This document shows, in pieces, positions 16,023 through 24,288 of a stretch of 32,000 bases of DNA. This DNA is from Paracoccus suum. Its GTDB lineage: Bacteria; Pseudomonadota; Alphaproteobacteria; Rhodobacterales; Rhodobacteraceae. The notes below the pieces were generated by a model. That model was not told the origin of the DNA. It saw nothing but the letters and a program-made list of their open reading frames with translations, and made no database searches. The position numbers and the translations under genes were made by a program. The stretch is taken from assembly GCF_003324675.1 (NCBI RefSeq), contig NZ_CP030918.1, positions 2,760,001 through 2,792,000 on the forward strand, in the 5' to 3' direction. Every line of letters begins with the position of its first letter. The stretch's first letter is position 1.

Positions 16023-16760
16023 ATGACGAAACAACGTGTCGCGGTGATCACGGGCGCGGCCGGAGGCATGGGCCGTGCCATCGTGGCGGCGCTGCTGCGC
16101 GACGATATTCGCTGCTATGGCCTCGACATCGAGGGCGACGCGCTTAGCGGGATGGCGGCCGAAATCGGGCCCGAGTTCGTCGGGCTGCGCGTTGACCTGA
16201 CCGATCCCGCGCAGATCCGGGCTGCCTTCGAGCGCATCGCCAGTGAAGCAGGCGGCGTCGATATCCTGGCCAACAACGCCGGCACCTGCCTGATGTCCGA
16301 GTTTCCCGACATCCCGCCTGCAGAGCTTGACCGCCAGATGAGCCTGAATTTCTCGTCGGCGTTTCACTGCTGCCAGGCTGCGATCAAGCTGATGCAAAAC
16401 CGCGACGGCGTAAGGAAGATCATCAATATCTCGTCGAATGGCGCCTATAATTTCGACGTCTTTGACCCGCCGCATTACCGGGCCAGCAAGGCGGCACTGG
16501 ACACGCTGACCAAGGATCTGGCCCGACGTTTTGCGCGCGACAAGATCGCCGTCAACTCCATCGCCCCGGCCATGACGGAAACGCCACTCTTCAAGGTCGT
16601 CAGCGACGAGGTGTTGCAGGCGGCGATTGCTCAAATGCCGCATGGCCGCGCCATGCAACCCGCCGAGGTCGCGGAATGGGTACGTTTTCTCGCGTCCCCC
16701 GCCGGAGATATCTCCAGCGGGAACGTGATCATTCTCAATCAGGGCCGCGATGTCCGCTAG
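16023..16760 (+). CDS. SDR family NAD(P)-dependent oxidoreductase
   Basis: Rossmann motif VITGAAGGMGRA, NNAG, catalytic YRASK. ATG 16023 is preceded by GGGGAGGA (16008-16015). The track ORF from 15957 is an upstream extension. Confidence 0.85.
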   Translation: MTKQRVAVITGAAGGMGRAIVAALLRDDIRCYGLDIEGDALSGMAAEIGPEFVGLRVDLTDPAQIRAAFERIASEAGGVDILANNAGTCLMSEFPDIPPAELDRQMSLNFSSAFHCCQAAIKLMQNRDGVRKIINISSNGAYNFDVFDPPHYRASKAALDTLTKDLARRFARDKIAVNSIAPAMTETPLFKVVSDEVLQAAIAQMPHGRAMQPAEVAEWVRFLASPAGDISSGNVIILNQGRDVR

Positions 16761-17515
16761 CCGTAGAAATCGGGCGCCTTGCGCAGCTTCGGCCATTGCT
16801 CGGGAGAGTGGCCGTAAATGACAAAGGCACCGCTTTGTTCGGCCCGCTGCATCAGGCGCGATCCGCTTTCGCAGGCCCGCGCAACGTCCCAAGAGCCGCC
16901 GAAGCCTTCGTCGATCTCGGACGGCCGCGAAATGGCATCGCCGGTGATCAGGACGGTGCCAGTTTCGGGCAGGTCGACCTCGATCGCGAGTTGGCCTGGC
17001 GCGTGCCCCGGCACATGCAACACCCGGATCCCAGGGCCAATCTCGGTATCGGCATCGATGAGCAGATATTCTCGGTCAGGCCAGTCGAACGGACGGAGAT
17101 CGCCCCAATACGATGGACGCTCCAGCGCGCGCTCGGCCCGGGACATCAGAATTGGGCGTCCCGGAAAGTCCGCGATGCCGCCCACATGGTCGATATGGGT
17201 GTGAGTCATGATCAAAATGTCCACATCGGCCACCGCGATCCCGGTCAATGCCAACTGCGCCGGGGGCAGATTCCGTTCCGTAAGATCGAGCACTTCCCCG
17301 AACTCACCAAGCCGATCTTCGGCTGAGGAGGCCGCGAAGTCATAAGCATATTTCCGCGGAAATCCTGTATCGATCAGAATATTCTCGCCGGCGGTCGTGC
17401 GGATCAGAAAACCACATATCCCGATAACGCGACCATTTGCGTGGACCTTGAATAAACCATAGTCCAGCACATATAATTCTTTTGGCGGTGACTTTATGTA
17501 AGCCTCTGTTTTCAC
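16757..17515 (-). CDS. MBL-fold lactonase, N-acyl-homoserine-lactone lactonase (AiiA/AttM/AhlD)-like
   Basis: HxHxDH zinc motif (THTHIDHVGG), PGHAPGQ, ITGDA, YGHS, with the family-typical N-terminus (LYVLDYGLF...ILIDTGFP). GTG start 17513-17515 with AAGGAG 9 nt upstream. Confidence 0.7.
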   Translation of the reverse strand: MKTEAYIKSPPKELYVLDYGLFKVHANGRVIGICGFLIRTTAGENILIDTGFPRKYAYDFAASSAEDRLGEFGEVLDLTERNLPPAQLALTGIAVADVDILIMTHTHIDHVGGIADFPGRPILMSRAERALERPSYWGDLRPFDWPDREYLLIDADTEIGPGIRVLHVPGHAPGQLAIEVDLPETGTVLITGDAISRPSEIDEGFGGSWDVARACESGSRLMQRAEQSGAFVIYGHSPEQWPKLRKAPDFYG

Positions 17516-17556
17516 TTTTTAATCTCCTTTCTCTTCTTTATGAAAACGGGCCGGGC

Positions 17557-18681
17557 ATGAAAGTCAAGATCCATACGCTTTTTCAATATCTGCTCAACAC
17601 GACCGAAGCTGCCCCCAAGGCCATAGTAGGATTCTCGCTGGCGCAATCGCCAAAACTTGGCGAGTTTCTGGGGGCGCTCGATCCGCAATTGCCGCTCGAC
17701 TGGAACGGCAAATCATTTCGCGGCCTTCCCCGCCTGCGCGATCATGTTCTGCGCGAGACCGGACTGGCCGGGATTTGCGAGCCGGACGATGTCCTGATCA
17801 CGGCCGGCGCCGCCGAGGCCAACTACCTCGCGATCATGCAGTTGCTGGGTCCCGAGGACGAGATCGTGATCGAGACTCCAGGCTGGCCGCAGGCCGAGGT
17901 CTTGGCCAAGGCGGTTGGCAGCACCATCCGGCATGTCGTGCGTCGCAGCGAAGATGGCTGGCGTTTCCCGATGGAGCAACTGGTCGATCAAGTTAGTGAA
18001 CGGACGAAGATAATCTTTGTCACCAACCCGAACAATCCGACCGGCCAACGCTTTTCGGAAGACGAACTGGTGGAGTTGGTCGAACAAGCCCGGCGCGTCG
18101 GCGCCTGGCTGATCGTCGACGAGGTCTACGCGGGGCTCGAATGGGAAGGCACCCGGTCGACGTCCATCGCGGCGCTATACGAGCGGGGCATCACAACTGG
18201 CAGCGTGTCCAAGGCGCTGGGCCTGCAGGGGCTTCGCACCGGTTGGCTGATCTGCCGCGACCGGCAACTGGTGATGGACGCGGTGATCCGGCGCGAGAAC
18301 TCCAGCGAGATCATGAACATCATGGGCGAGGTGATTGCCGAGGTCGCAATGCGTCCCGACCGCTTTCGCGCCGCCATCGGCAAGGCGCGCGCCGACGGGC
18401 TTGCCAACCTCGCCCGGTTGGACGCCTTCGTGGAGCACGAGCCGCGGCTATCCTGGGTGCGTCCCCGCGCGGGGTTGATCGGCCTGGCGCGCCTAGATGC
18501 GAACACCGACGGCGACGAGTTCGCAAGGCGGCTGCTGGCCGATCCCTACCGCACCTTCCTGCTGCCCGGCAGCGCCTACGGCCAGCCCCAGCACATCCGG
18601 ATCGGGGTCGGAGGCGGTGAGGAAGTTAACCTTGATCTCGGCCTCTCCAGGGTCAGCGAGTTGCTGAAAGTCATCGACTAA
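17557..18681 (+). CDS. PLP-dependent aminotransferase, class I/II (fold type I)
   Basis: NPNNPTG, DEVYAGLEW, and SVSKALGLQGLRTGW containing the PLP lysine. ATG 17557 is the first start that does not overlap the divergent lactonase gene. The Shine-Dalgarno match is weak. Confidence 0.8.
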   Translation: MKVKIHTLFQYLLNTTEAAPKAIVGFSLAQSPKLGEFLGALDPQLPLDWNGKSFRGLPRLRDHVLRETGLAGICEPDDVLITAGAAEANYLAIMQLLGPEDEIVIETPGWPQAEVLAKAVGSTIRHVVRRSEDGWRFPMEQLVDQVSERTKIIFVTNPNNPTGQRFSEDELVELVEQARRVGAWLIVDEVYAGLEWEGTRSTSIAALYERGITTGSVSKALGLQGLRTGWLICRDRQLVMDAVIRRENSSEIMNIMGEVIAEVAMRPDRFRAAIGKARADGLANLARLDAFVEHEPRLSWVRPRAGLIGLARLDANTDGDEFARRLLADPYRTFLLPGSAYGQPQHIRIGVGGGEEVNLDLGLSRVSELLKVID

Positions 18682-18810
18682 ACGAGCGGGTGCCCTTACT
18701 CGGCGAGGCAATCAATCAACCGTGATCAGTCCCGATCCGCTTTGACTGTGGGTCTGGCGCGCCGTTCACATCCAATAGGTCGACCGCCAGTCCTGCGAAG
18801 CAACCCCGCC

Positions 18811-19590
18811 CTAGCGCGCCGGCCGCGTAGCCGAAATCGCATAGCGGTGCTGTGTCTGCCGCTTGAGGCCATGCAGGAACCCGGCGTGGCGGCCGATCAT
18901 CCGGTTGATCGGCCCCAGCCCGCGATCCACTGTAACCTTGGTGAAGCCTGCCGAATGCAGCATCCCTGCAACTACTTCGGCCCGGGCGCCGTCATGAAAA
19001 TGCACCCGGCGGAGGATCGATCGGTGCTGTGCGGCGAGGTCGGGATCTGATGACCCGCCGGACCCCGGCGCGATCCGCCGCTCGATCCAGTTCAGCAACC
19101 GCGCGGCGCGTCCCGCCGAGACGAAATCGCCGTCGATGATCAGCAGCCGGCCGCCCGGCCGCAGGATGCGCCGCCATTCCGCAAACGCCGCCGCAGGATC
19201 TACCAAGGTCCAGACAAGGTGCCTCGTCAACAGCACGTCGTGGCTGGCATCAGGCTCCATCGTTATTTCGGCATCGGCCTGCCGGAAGGTGATCGCCCGG
19301 CCCGCGTTCCACGCCTTGGCGCGGGCGATGCCCAGCATCGGTTCGGACCAGTCGAGGCCCGTCACCTGGTAGCCCAGATCGCACAGCAACCCCGACATCT
19401 CGCCGGTCCCGCAGGCCAGGTCCAGCGCGCGCCCGCCCTGGCCCGGTCCCAGATGGCGGATCAGAAGGTCCTGCCATGCCTTGCGCTCGCCAGGGGTGGC
19501 GATGCCGTGGCCGGGCGCGGCGTCGAAGCTGGGGGCGCGAGCAGACCAGTAATCACGGATCTCGTCGCGCAGGGTGGCATTCGAAATCAT
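18811..19590 (-). CDS. Class I SAM-dependent methyltransferase
   Basis: Motif I LDLACGTG and post-I/II motifs (RPGGRLLIID). 259 aa. GGAGAG lies upstream of ATG 19590. Confidence 0.8.
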   Translation of the reverse strand: MISNATLRDEIRDYWSARAPSFDAAPGHGIATPGERKAWQDLLIRHLGPGQGGRALDLACGTGEMSGLLCDLGYQVTGLDWSEPMLGIARAKAWNAGRAITFRQADAEITMEPDASHDVLLTRHLVWTLVDPAAAFAEWRRILRPGGRLLIIDGDFVSAGRAARLLNWIERRIAPGSGGSSDPDLAAQHRSILRRVHFHDGARAEVVAGMLHSAGFTKVTVDRGLGPINRMIGRHAGFLHGLKRQTQHRYAISATRPAR

Positions 19591-19647
19591 CGTCTCTCCA
19601 CGGCTGAACTATACCCCGACTATTAATGTTGACAAGAATAGTAAACA

Positions 19648-20802
19648 ATGAAAACCGAGGCGAAAGAGACCAGCAGGACCAACAGCATGAACACCCTTCT
19701 TTCCACGGCGCTTGTCACCATCATGGCCGCTTTCCCCGCACTGGCCGCGCCGACCACGGTCACGGATATCGCCGGTCGCCAGGTCGAGGTCGATTTGCCC
19801 GTTGATCGCGTGATCCTGGGAGAGGGCCGTCAACTCTACGTCGTCGGTGCGCTGGACAAGGAGGCCCCGTTCGGCCGCGTCGTCGGCTGGCGCGACGACC
19901 TCAAGAAGAACGATGCAGGCACCTGGAACGCCTACAAGGCGAAGTGGCCCGCGGCCGATGCGCTGCCGACCTTTGGTGGGGTCAAGGACGGCACCTTCGA
20001 CGTGGAACAGGCCGTCACGCTGAAGCCGGATGTCGTGATGATGAATATCGAGGCCAAGGTTTCGACCGAGGAATCCGGCGCGATCGAAAAGCTGGCAGCG
20101 GCCGGCATCCCGGTTGTCTATGTCGATTTCCGTGAAAAGCCGATGCAGAACACCGAGCCGAGCCTGCGCCTGATGGGTCAGCTTTTCGACCGCGTCGAAG
20201 TGGCGGAAGAACTGATCGCCTTCCGTGCCGGCATCCTCGCCGATGTCGAAAAGCGCCTCGCCCCGGTCGCCGCCCGGCCCAGCGTCTTTATCGAGCGCGC
20301 GGGCGGCTATTCCGACGACTGCTGCATGTCCTTCGGCGACGAGAACTTTGGCCGCATGGTCGAGATTGCGGGCGGCACCAACATCGCGAAGGATATCATC
20401 CCCGCGACTTTCGGCACCGTGAACCCCGAGCAGATCATCGCTGCGAATCCTGACCAGATCATCGTGACGGGCGGCGAATGGGAATCCTCGGTACCCGGCG
20501 GTGCCTGGGTCGGCGTCGGCCCTGGCTCGGACATGGCCAAGGCCAAGGCCAAGCTGGCCGCGCTGATGGAGCGCCCGGCCTTTACCGGGGTCAAGGCGGC
20601 CGAGGACGGGAACGTTCACGCCATCTGGCACCAGTTCTACAACAGTCCCTACCAGTTCGCCGCTGTCCAGCAGCTCGGCAAATGGCTGCACCCGGAGGCC
20701 TTTGCGGATGTCGACCCCGACGCGACGATGGAGGCCTTCCACGAGAAGTTCCTGCCGATTGCCTATGCGTCGGGATTGTTCGTCTCGCTGAAGGCTGAGT
20801 GA
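19648..20802 (+). CDS. ABC transporter substrate-binding protein, Peripla_BP_2 (iron-siderophore/heme/cobalamin class)
   Basis: Signal peptide (...MNTLLSTALVTIMAAFPALAAP), then VTDIAGRQVEV...PDVVMM...NPDQIIV typical of cluster A-2 SBPs. An alternative start is ATG 19687. Confidence 0.75.
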   Translation: MKTEAKETSRTNSMNTLLSTALVTIMAAFPALAAPTTVTDIAGRQVEVDLPVDRVILGEGRQLYVVGALDKEAPFGRVVGWRDDLKKNDAGTWNAYKAKWPAADALPTFGGVKDGTFDVEQAVTLKPDVVMMNIEAKVSTEESGAIEKLAAAGIPVVYVDFREKPMQNTEPSLRLMGQLFDRVEVAEELIAFRAGILADVEKRLAPVAARPSVFIERAGGYSDDCCMSFGDENFGRMVEIAGGTNIAKDIIPATFGTVNPEQIIAANPDQIIVTGGEWESSVPGGAWVGVGPGSDMAKAKAKLAALMERPAFTGVKAAEDGNVHAIWHQFYNSPYQFAAVQQLGKWLHPEAFADVDPDATMEAFHEKFLPIAYASGLFVSLKAE

Positions 20803-21860
20803 TGGCTGCGCTCGAGGGCATGGAGGGCGCCGGGGCGACGGGGTATCGCGCCCTCGCCTCGCGGCGGGTGGCGCTGCTCGGGCTGATCCTGCTGGCCCTC
20901 GTGCTGTCGATCGGCTTTGACATGGCCCTCGGGCCGGCCAACTACACGCTGTCCCAGGTAGTCGCGGCGCTCGTCGATGCCGACAATGTCGATGTCCAGC
21001 AGCGGGTGATCGTCTGGTCGATCCGCATGCCCATCGCGCTGCTGGCGGTGGTCACCGGCGCCTCTCTGTCGGTCGCGGGCGCGCAGATGCAGACGATTCT
21101 CGGCAACCCGCTCGCCAGCCCGTTCACCCTTGGCATCTCGGCCGCAGCCAGTTTTGGCGCGGCCCTGGCGATCGTCGTAGGCGTCGGCGTGCCCGGCGCG
21201 CTTGCCTGGGCGGTACCGCTGAATGCCTTCCTGATGGCCATGGGCGCGTCGCTGATCATCCACTTCGCCTCCGGCATGCGCGGCGTTGCGGTCGAAACGA
21301 TCGTCCTGCTGGGCATCGCCCTGGTCTTTACCTTCAACGCGGCGCTGGCGCTGATGCAGTTCCTCGCGTCCGAGCAGGCGCTGGGGGCGGTCGTCTTCTG
21401 GACCATGGGCAGCCTGACCAAGGCAACCTGGCCCAAGGTGGCCATCATCGCCGCGATGCTGGTGCTGGTCCTGCCGCTGCTGATGCGCAAGGCCTGGGCG
21501 CTGACCGCGCTTCGGCTGGGCGATGACAAGGCGGCAGCGATGGGCATCAATGTGCGCGGGTTGCGGTTGCAGGTGATGATCCTGGTCGCGCTGCTAGCCG
21601 CCGTGCCGGTGGCCTTCGTCGGTACCATCGGCTTTGTCGGCCTCGTCGGGCCGCACATCGCGCGTATGCTGGTGGGCGAGGACCAACGCTTCTTCCTGCC
21701 AGCCGCCGCGCTAGCTGGTGCGGCGATGCTGTCGGCGACCTCGGTGCTTTCCAAGATGCTGATCCCCGGCGCCATCCTGCCGGTCGGCGTGGTCACCGCC
21801 CTGGTCGGCGTCCCGTTCTTTATCGTTCTCATCTTCACGAGCCGGAGGCGCGCATGGTGA
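20799..21860 (+). CDS. FecCD/BtuC-family ABC transporter permease
   Basis: 353 aa with about 9-10 TM segments and FecCD-type motifs (LGNPLASPFTLGISAAASFG, GFVGLVGPHIARMLVG). GTGATG junction with the SBP stop; the start is either GTG 20799 or ATG 20802. Confidence 0.85.
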   Translation: MMAALEGMEGAGATGYRALASRRVALLGLILLALVLSIGFDMALGPANYTLSQVVAALVDADNVDVQQRVIVWSIRMPIALLAVVTGASLSVAGAQMQTILGNPLASPFTLGISAAASFGAALAIVVGVGVPGALAWAVPLNAFLMAMGASLIIHFASGMRGVAVETIVLLGIALVFTFNAALALMQFLASEQALGAVVFWTMGSLTKATWPKVAIIAAMLVLVLPLLMRKAWALTALRLGDDKAAAMGINVRGLRLQVMILVALLAAVPVAFVGTIGFVGLVGPHIARMLVGEDQRFFLPAAALAGAAMLSATSVLSKMLIPGAILPVGVVTALVGVPFFIVLIFTSRRRAW

Positions 21861-22636
21861 CGCTGTCCCTGCAGGACGTTGGCGCGCGGTTCGGCCGGCG
21901 CGAGGTCCTGTCACAGATCTCTGTTCCCTGCATCAATGGGGGCGGGCTGACTGCCGTCGTCGGCCCCAACGCGGCCGGCAAGTCCACGCTGTTCCGCCGC
22001 ATCGCCGGGATCATGCCCGGTTCGGGGCGGGTCCATGTCGCAGGCGCCAGCCGTGGCGGCATCTGCTACATGCCCCAGGACACAGCCGCCAACGCCGTGC
22101 TGACCGTGTTCGAAAGCATCCTGTTGGCCGCGCGCGGCGGCTCGGGCCGCTGGCGGGTCAGCGAGGCGGAACTCGCGCGCATCGACCAGGTCATGGCCCT
22201 GCTGAACATCGTCCCCCTCGCCTTTCGCAACCTCGGCGAGTTGTCGGGCGGGCAGCGCCAGCTGGTATCGTTGGCGCAGGTTCTGATCCGCGAGCCGGAC
22301 GTCCTGCTGATGGACGAGCCGACCTCGGCGCTGGACCTGCACCGCCAGATCGAGGTTCTGGAACTGGTCCAAGGCCTCGCCGCGGAGAGCGGCATGGTGG
22401 CGATGGTGGCGCTGCACGATCTGAACCAGGCGCTGCGCTATTGCGACCAGACGCTGGTCATCGCCGACGGCCGCCTGAAAGCAGCCGGGCTGACGCACGA
22501 GGTCGTGACCGAGGCGATGCTCGCCAGCACCTATGCCGTCGCCGCCCGGATCGAGCGCTGCCGTCACGGCCGTCCGCAGCTTATCGTGGACGGCGCCCTG
22601 CATGACGAGCACGGCCGGGACATCCGCGCTGCATGA
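21854..22636 (+). CDS. ABC transporter ATP-binding protein (FecE/FepC-like)
   Basis: Walker A GPNAAGKST, signature LSGGQRQLVSLAQVL, Walker [14 protein letters not shown]-loop ALHD. It overlaps the permease 3' end by 7 nt. Confidence 0.9.
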   Translation: MVTLSLQDVGARFGRREVLSQISVPCINGGGLTAVVGPNAAGKSTLFRRIAGIMPGSGRVHVAGASRGGICYMPQDTAANAVLTVFESILLAARGGSGRWRVSEAELARIDQVMALLNIVPLAFRNLGELSGGQRQLVSLAQVLIREPDVLLMDEPTSALDLHRQIEVLELVQGLAAESGMVAMVALHDLNQALRYCDQTLVIADGRLKAAGLTHEVVTEAMLASTYAVAARIERCRHGRPQLIVDGALHDEHGRDIRAA

Positions 22637-22771
22637 GGCGACGCGGACCGACGTTGGACAGGCTCTGCGCCCCCCGGGCGGCGCGGGCACTGGCCTAGCA
22701 GGGTTGACGCGCCAGCCAGCGGTCCCGACAAAGCAAGCCCGCCCCACGGCGGCGAGGGCTTGGCGCGCGAC

Positions 22772-24094
22772 ATGCTAGACACCAGCTACGAACTGTTCCT
22801 CGCCATGCTCGGCTTTGGCATTCTCGCTGCGGCGATCGCGCCGCCGCTGATGCGCCGTCTGTCGCTCAACCTGCCGCTATCGCTGCCGATCGCCTGTCTC
22901 GCGGGGGGCATCCTCGTCGGGAACCTCTTTGTGGTGCCCCACCTCGACGTGATCGCGCAGGGCGCCATCGTCCAGCGTGTGACCGAGTTGGCCGTGATCC
23001 TGTCCCTGACCGGCGGCGGACTGAAGATCGACCGCGCCTTCAACTGGCGCGGCTGGGGATCGGCCTGGCGGCTGCTGGGAATCACCATGCCACTCTCGAT
23101 CGCGCTGCTGGCGCTTGCTGGCTGGCTGATCCTCGGCCTGCCGGGGGCGGTCGCGTTGCTGCTTGCGGCCTGCATGGCCCCAACCGACCCAGTCCTGGCC
23201 GCCAGCGTGCAGGTCGGCCCACCAGGGCAGGAGGAAAAGGAGGATGAGGCGCGCTTTGCCCTGACCGCCGAGGCCGGCCTGAACGACGGAGCGGCGTTTC
23301 CGTTCGTCCACCTCGCGCTCGCGGCCGCGGCCGCGTTCTCGGGCAATCTCGGCACTGCGGGCGATGCCGGGCAGTTCACCGGGCCGGTGATTGCCACGTG
23401 GTTCACCGAAGACGTGCTGTGGAAGATCGTCTCAGGCACGGTCGTGGGTGTGCTGATCGGCTGGCTGCTGGGGTGGGTGGTCTTCCGCCTCGCCCCCCGG
23501 CGCGGCGTCGCGGACGCATTCCTCGCCGTCGGCCTGACCCTGTTCACCTATGGCCTCACCGAAGTCACGGTCCACGGCTACGGCTTCATCGCGGTATTCG
23601 TCGCCGCCCTCAGCTTTCGCCGGTTCGAGCGCCATCACGAATTGCACAGCGAGTTGCACCACTTTGTCGAGCAGACCGAGACGCTGTTCCTGGTCGCCGT
23701 GATGTTTGTCACTGGCATCGCCATCGCGCAGGGGCTGCTGGCGCCGCTCGACTGGCGCGGATACCTGGTCGCGGCACTGTTCCTGCTCGCCATCCGGCCC
23801 GTGGCCGGGTGGGTGGCACTGGCCGGCGCGCGCCTGCCGACGGCGGAGCGTTTCGCTGTCTCCGCCCTCGGCATCCGCGGGGTCGGCTCGTTCTACTACC
23901 TCGCCTATGGTCTCGCCCATGCGCCATTTTCGGTCGAATCTGGGCGCACGCTCTGGGCCTTGGCCGGCCTGATCGTCGCCGCCTCGGTCGTGCTGCACGG
24001 CCTGACTGCGCCGAGGATCATGGCCGGTCTTGAGCGCGGGACACAGTTGGTGGGAACGCGGATTCGCCCGCTGCTGCGGCGACGCGGTCGCTGA
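22772..24094 (+). CDS. Cation:proton antiporter, CPA1 (NhaP-type Na+/H+ exchanger) family
   Basis: About 12 hydrophobic segments and the conserved MAPTDPVLA motif. ATG 22772 is preferred over the track's TTG 22760. Confidence 0.75.
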   Translation: MLDTSYELFLAMLGFGILAAAIAPPLMRRLSLNLPLSLPIACLAGGILVGNLFVVPHLDVIAQGAIVQRVTELAVILSLTGGGLKIDRAFNWRGWGSAWRLLGITMPLSIALLALAGWLILGLPGAVALLLAACMAPTDPVLAASVQVGPPGQEEKEDEARFALTAEAGLNDGAAFPFVHLALAAAAAFSGNLGTAGDAGQFTGPVIATWFTEDVLWKIVSGTVVGVLIGWLLGWVVFRLAPRRGVADAFLAVGLTLFTYGLTEVTVHGYGFIAVFVAALSFRRFERHHELHSELHHFVEQTETLFLVAVMFVTGIAIAQGLLAPLDWRGYLVAALFLLAIRPVAGWVALAGARLPTAERFAVSALGIRGVGSFYYLAYGLAHAPFSVESGRTLWALAGLIVAASVVLHGLTAPRIMAGLERGTQLVGTRIRPLLRRRGR

Positions 24095-24140
24095 GGGCAC
24101 AGAAACGCCTCATTCCCTCAAGTGCTGCATGTGCCACCTC

Positions 24141-24173
24141 CCGCTATGGGCGGTAACGGGATCCGCTATCGGC
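24141..24173 (+). promoter_or_regulatory. Direct repeat CCGCTAT(G/C)GGC x2 in 22-bp register upstream of the FGE gene (candidate regulatory site)
   Basis: CCGCTATGGGC at 24141-24151 and CCGCTATCGGC at 24163-24173 (10/11 identical), 116-148 bp upstream of ATG 24289. Function unknown. Confidence 0.2.
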
Positions 24174-24288
24174 ACCACCAACTCAGGACCGGCCATGCCT
24201 GCGGTAGCCGATTTGGCTTTCGCGCCTTGGCCGCGGCACGTCCATCGCGCAAGCTGGGGTCCGTTCCTCAGCCAGCCGGAAATCCGCG

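Noticed and set aside
19629-19634. Perfect sigma70 -35 hexamer TTGACA upstream of the Fe-type SBP gene
   Set aside because: No acceptable -10 hexamer lies at 16-18 bp spacing (AAAACC/AAACCG), so it cannot be called a promoter from sequence alone. It is mentioned only as part of the AT-rich leader.
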